Assembly: GCA_942491995.1 (NCBI GenBank)
Contig: CALOCX010000017.1
Location: 309,919-373,918 of the forward strand
Length of the DNA stretch: 64,000 nucleotides
Source of the DNA: an uncultured Gammaproteobacteria bacterium
GTDB taxonomy: Bacteria; Pseudomonadota; Gammaproteobacteria; UBA9214
Reading direction: 5' to 3'
Below the pieces are notes generated by a model. It made no database searches and was not told the origin of the DNA. It saw only the letters and a list, made by a program, of their open reading frames with translations. Shown piece by piece: positions 63,279 to 64,000 of the stretch. Made by a program: the position numbers and the translations under genes. Each line of letters opens with the position of its first letter. Positions within the stretch are counted from its first letter, which is position 1.

Positions 63279-64000
63279 ATGCGCGTGACAGGAATACTGC
63301 TATTGGTTGTTGCGATGGCGGCGCATGCGGAAGTCTACAAGTCCATCAATGCTGATGGCGAGGTCGTTTATTCCGACCGGCCAACGCAGGGTGCCGAGCG
63401 CGTGAAGATGCCACCGCTGCCGTCATACACGCCACAGCCGGTAAGGACACTCAGTCGATCTGCAGCGACGGTTGAACAGCAAGTGCGGTATGAAAGTTTT
63501 ATTATCTCCAGTCCTGCCAGCGACGCCACCATCAGGAACAATCTCGGTACGGTCGAGGTAGACACGCGACTGGCGCCGGCGCTGATGACATCGCTGGGCC
63601 ACAGAATACAGTTTTACCTGGATGGTGTGGCACACGGTAACCAGCTTGACAACACCACGCTGACGCTGAGCAATGTCGAGCGCGGCGAGCACCGACTCTC
63701 GGCCAGTGTCGTTGATACGGCAGGAAATGTTTTGATAACAACGGCAGAGACAACGGTGTATGTGAAGCGTGCGTCCAAGTTGCTCACTGACAAGCAGGGA
63801 TCAGTGACAGATAACCCGGGTTACATCACGGACAATCCAAACATTGTCGGCGATGAAACCTTTCAACCCTATCGGCGCAAGGACATCGCTGATTACAGTG
63901 GCCAGGCAGCAGACAACGATGACCCTGATGAGGCAGAACTACCGGCAAACCCCGGTTTCCGCAATCGCAACCCAAATATTCTCAGCCCAAATCCGAATAT
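63279..64000 (+). CDS. DUF4124-domain exported protein with Ig-like domain (truncated by window end; not in the ORF track)
   Basis: Hand translation MRVTGILLLVVAMAAHAEVYKSINADGEVVYSDRP...FYLDG...NVERGEHRLSASVVD; no stop codon before 64000. Confidence 0.8.
   Translation, partial: MRVTGILLLVVAMAAHAEVYKSINADGEVVYSDRPTQGAERVKMPPLPSYTPQPVRTLSRSAATVEQQVRYESFIISSPASDATIRNNLGTVEVDTRLAPALMTSLGHRIQFYLDGVAHGNQLDNTTLTLSNVERGEHRLSASVVDTAGNVLITTAETTVYVKRASKLLTDKQGSVTDNPGYITDNPNIVGDETFQPYRRKDIADYSGQAADNDDPDEAELPANPGFRNRNPNILSPNPN

Overview
Replication-origin region of a roughly 55-60% GC Gammaproteobacterium (taxon inferred from DnaA, GyrB and Atp sequences and from gene order). The right three quarters are the conserved core: uvrD, glmS-glmU, the atp operon, parB-parA-rsmG-mnmG, mnmE-yidC-yidD-rnpA-rpmH, dnaA-dnaN-recF-gyrB, plsC-gmhB-glyS-glyQ and glnA. 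A DnaA-box cluster plus AT-rich tract between dnaA and dnaN marks the likely oriC. Two parS sites lie inside recF, and an NtrC/sigma54 promoter precedes glnA. The left 17 kb is the highlight. It holds a Caulobacter/Sphingomonas-type ceramide biosynthesis set (acyl-AMP ligase, CerR, dedicated ACP, Spt, bCerS) with a CpgD-like nucleotidyltransferase and a HIT hydrolase. This is followed by an ABC exporter, a TagF-like phosphotransferase and a compositionally mosaic glycosyltransferase/SGNH block, suggesting a sphingolipid with an undescribed head group or glycan. Other points of interest are a GTAG/GCAG-type REP family with a compensatory stem change, a THUMP-less ThiI-like enzyme next to TusA, several gene blocks interrupting conserved gene orders, and small Cys-rich unknown proteins. 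All homology calls are by motif recognition only; no database search was run.
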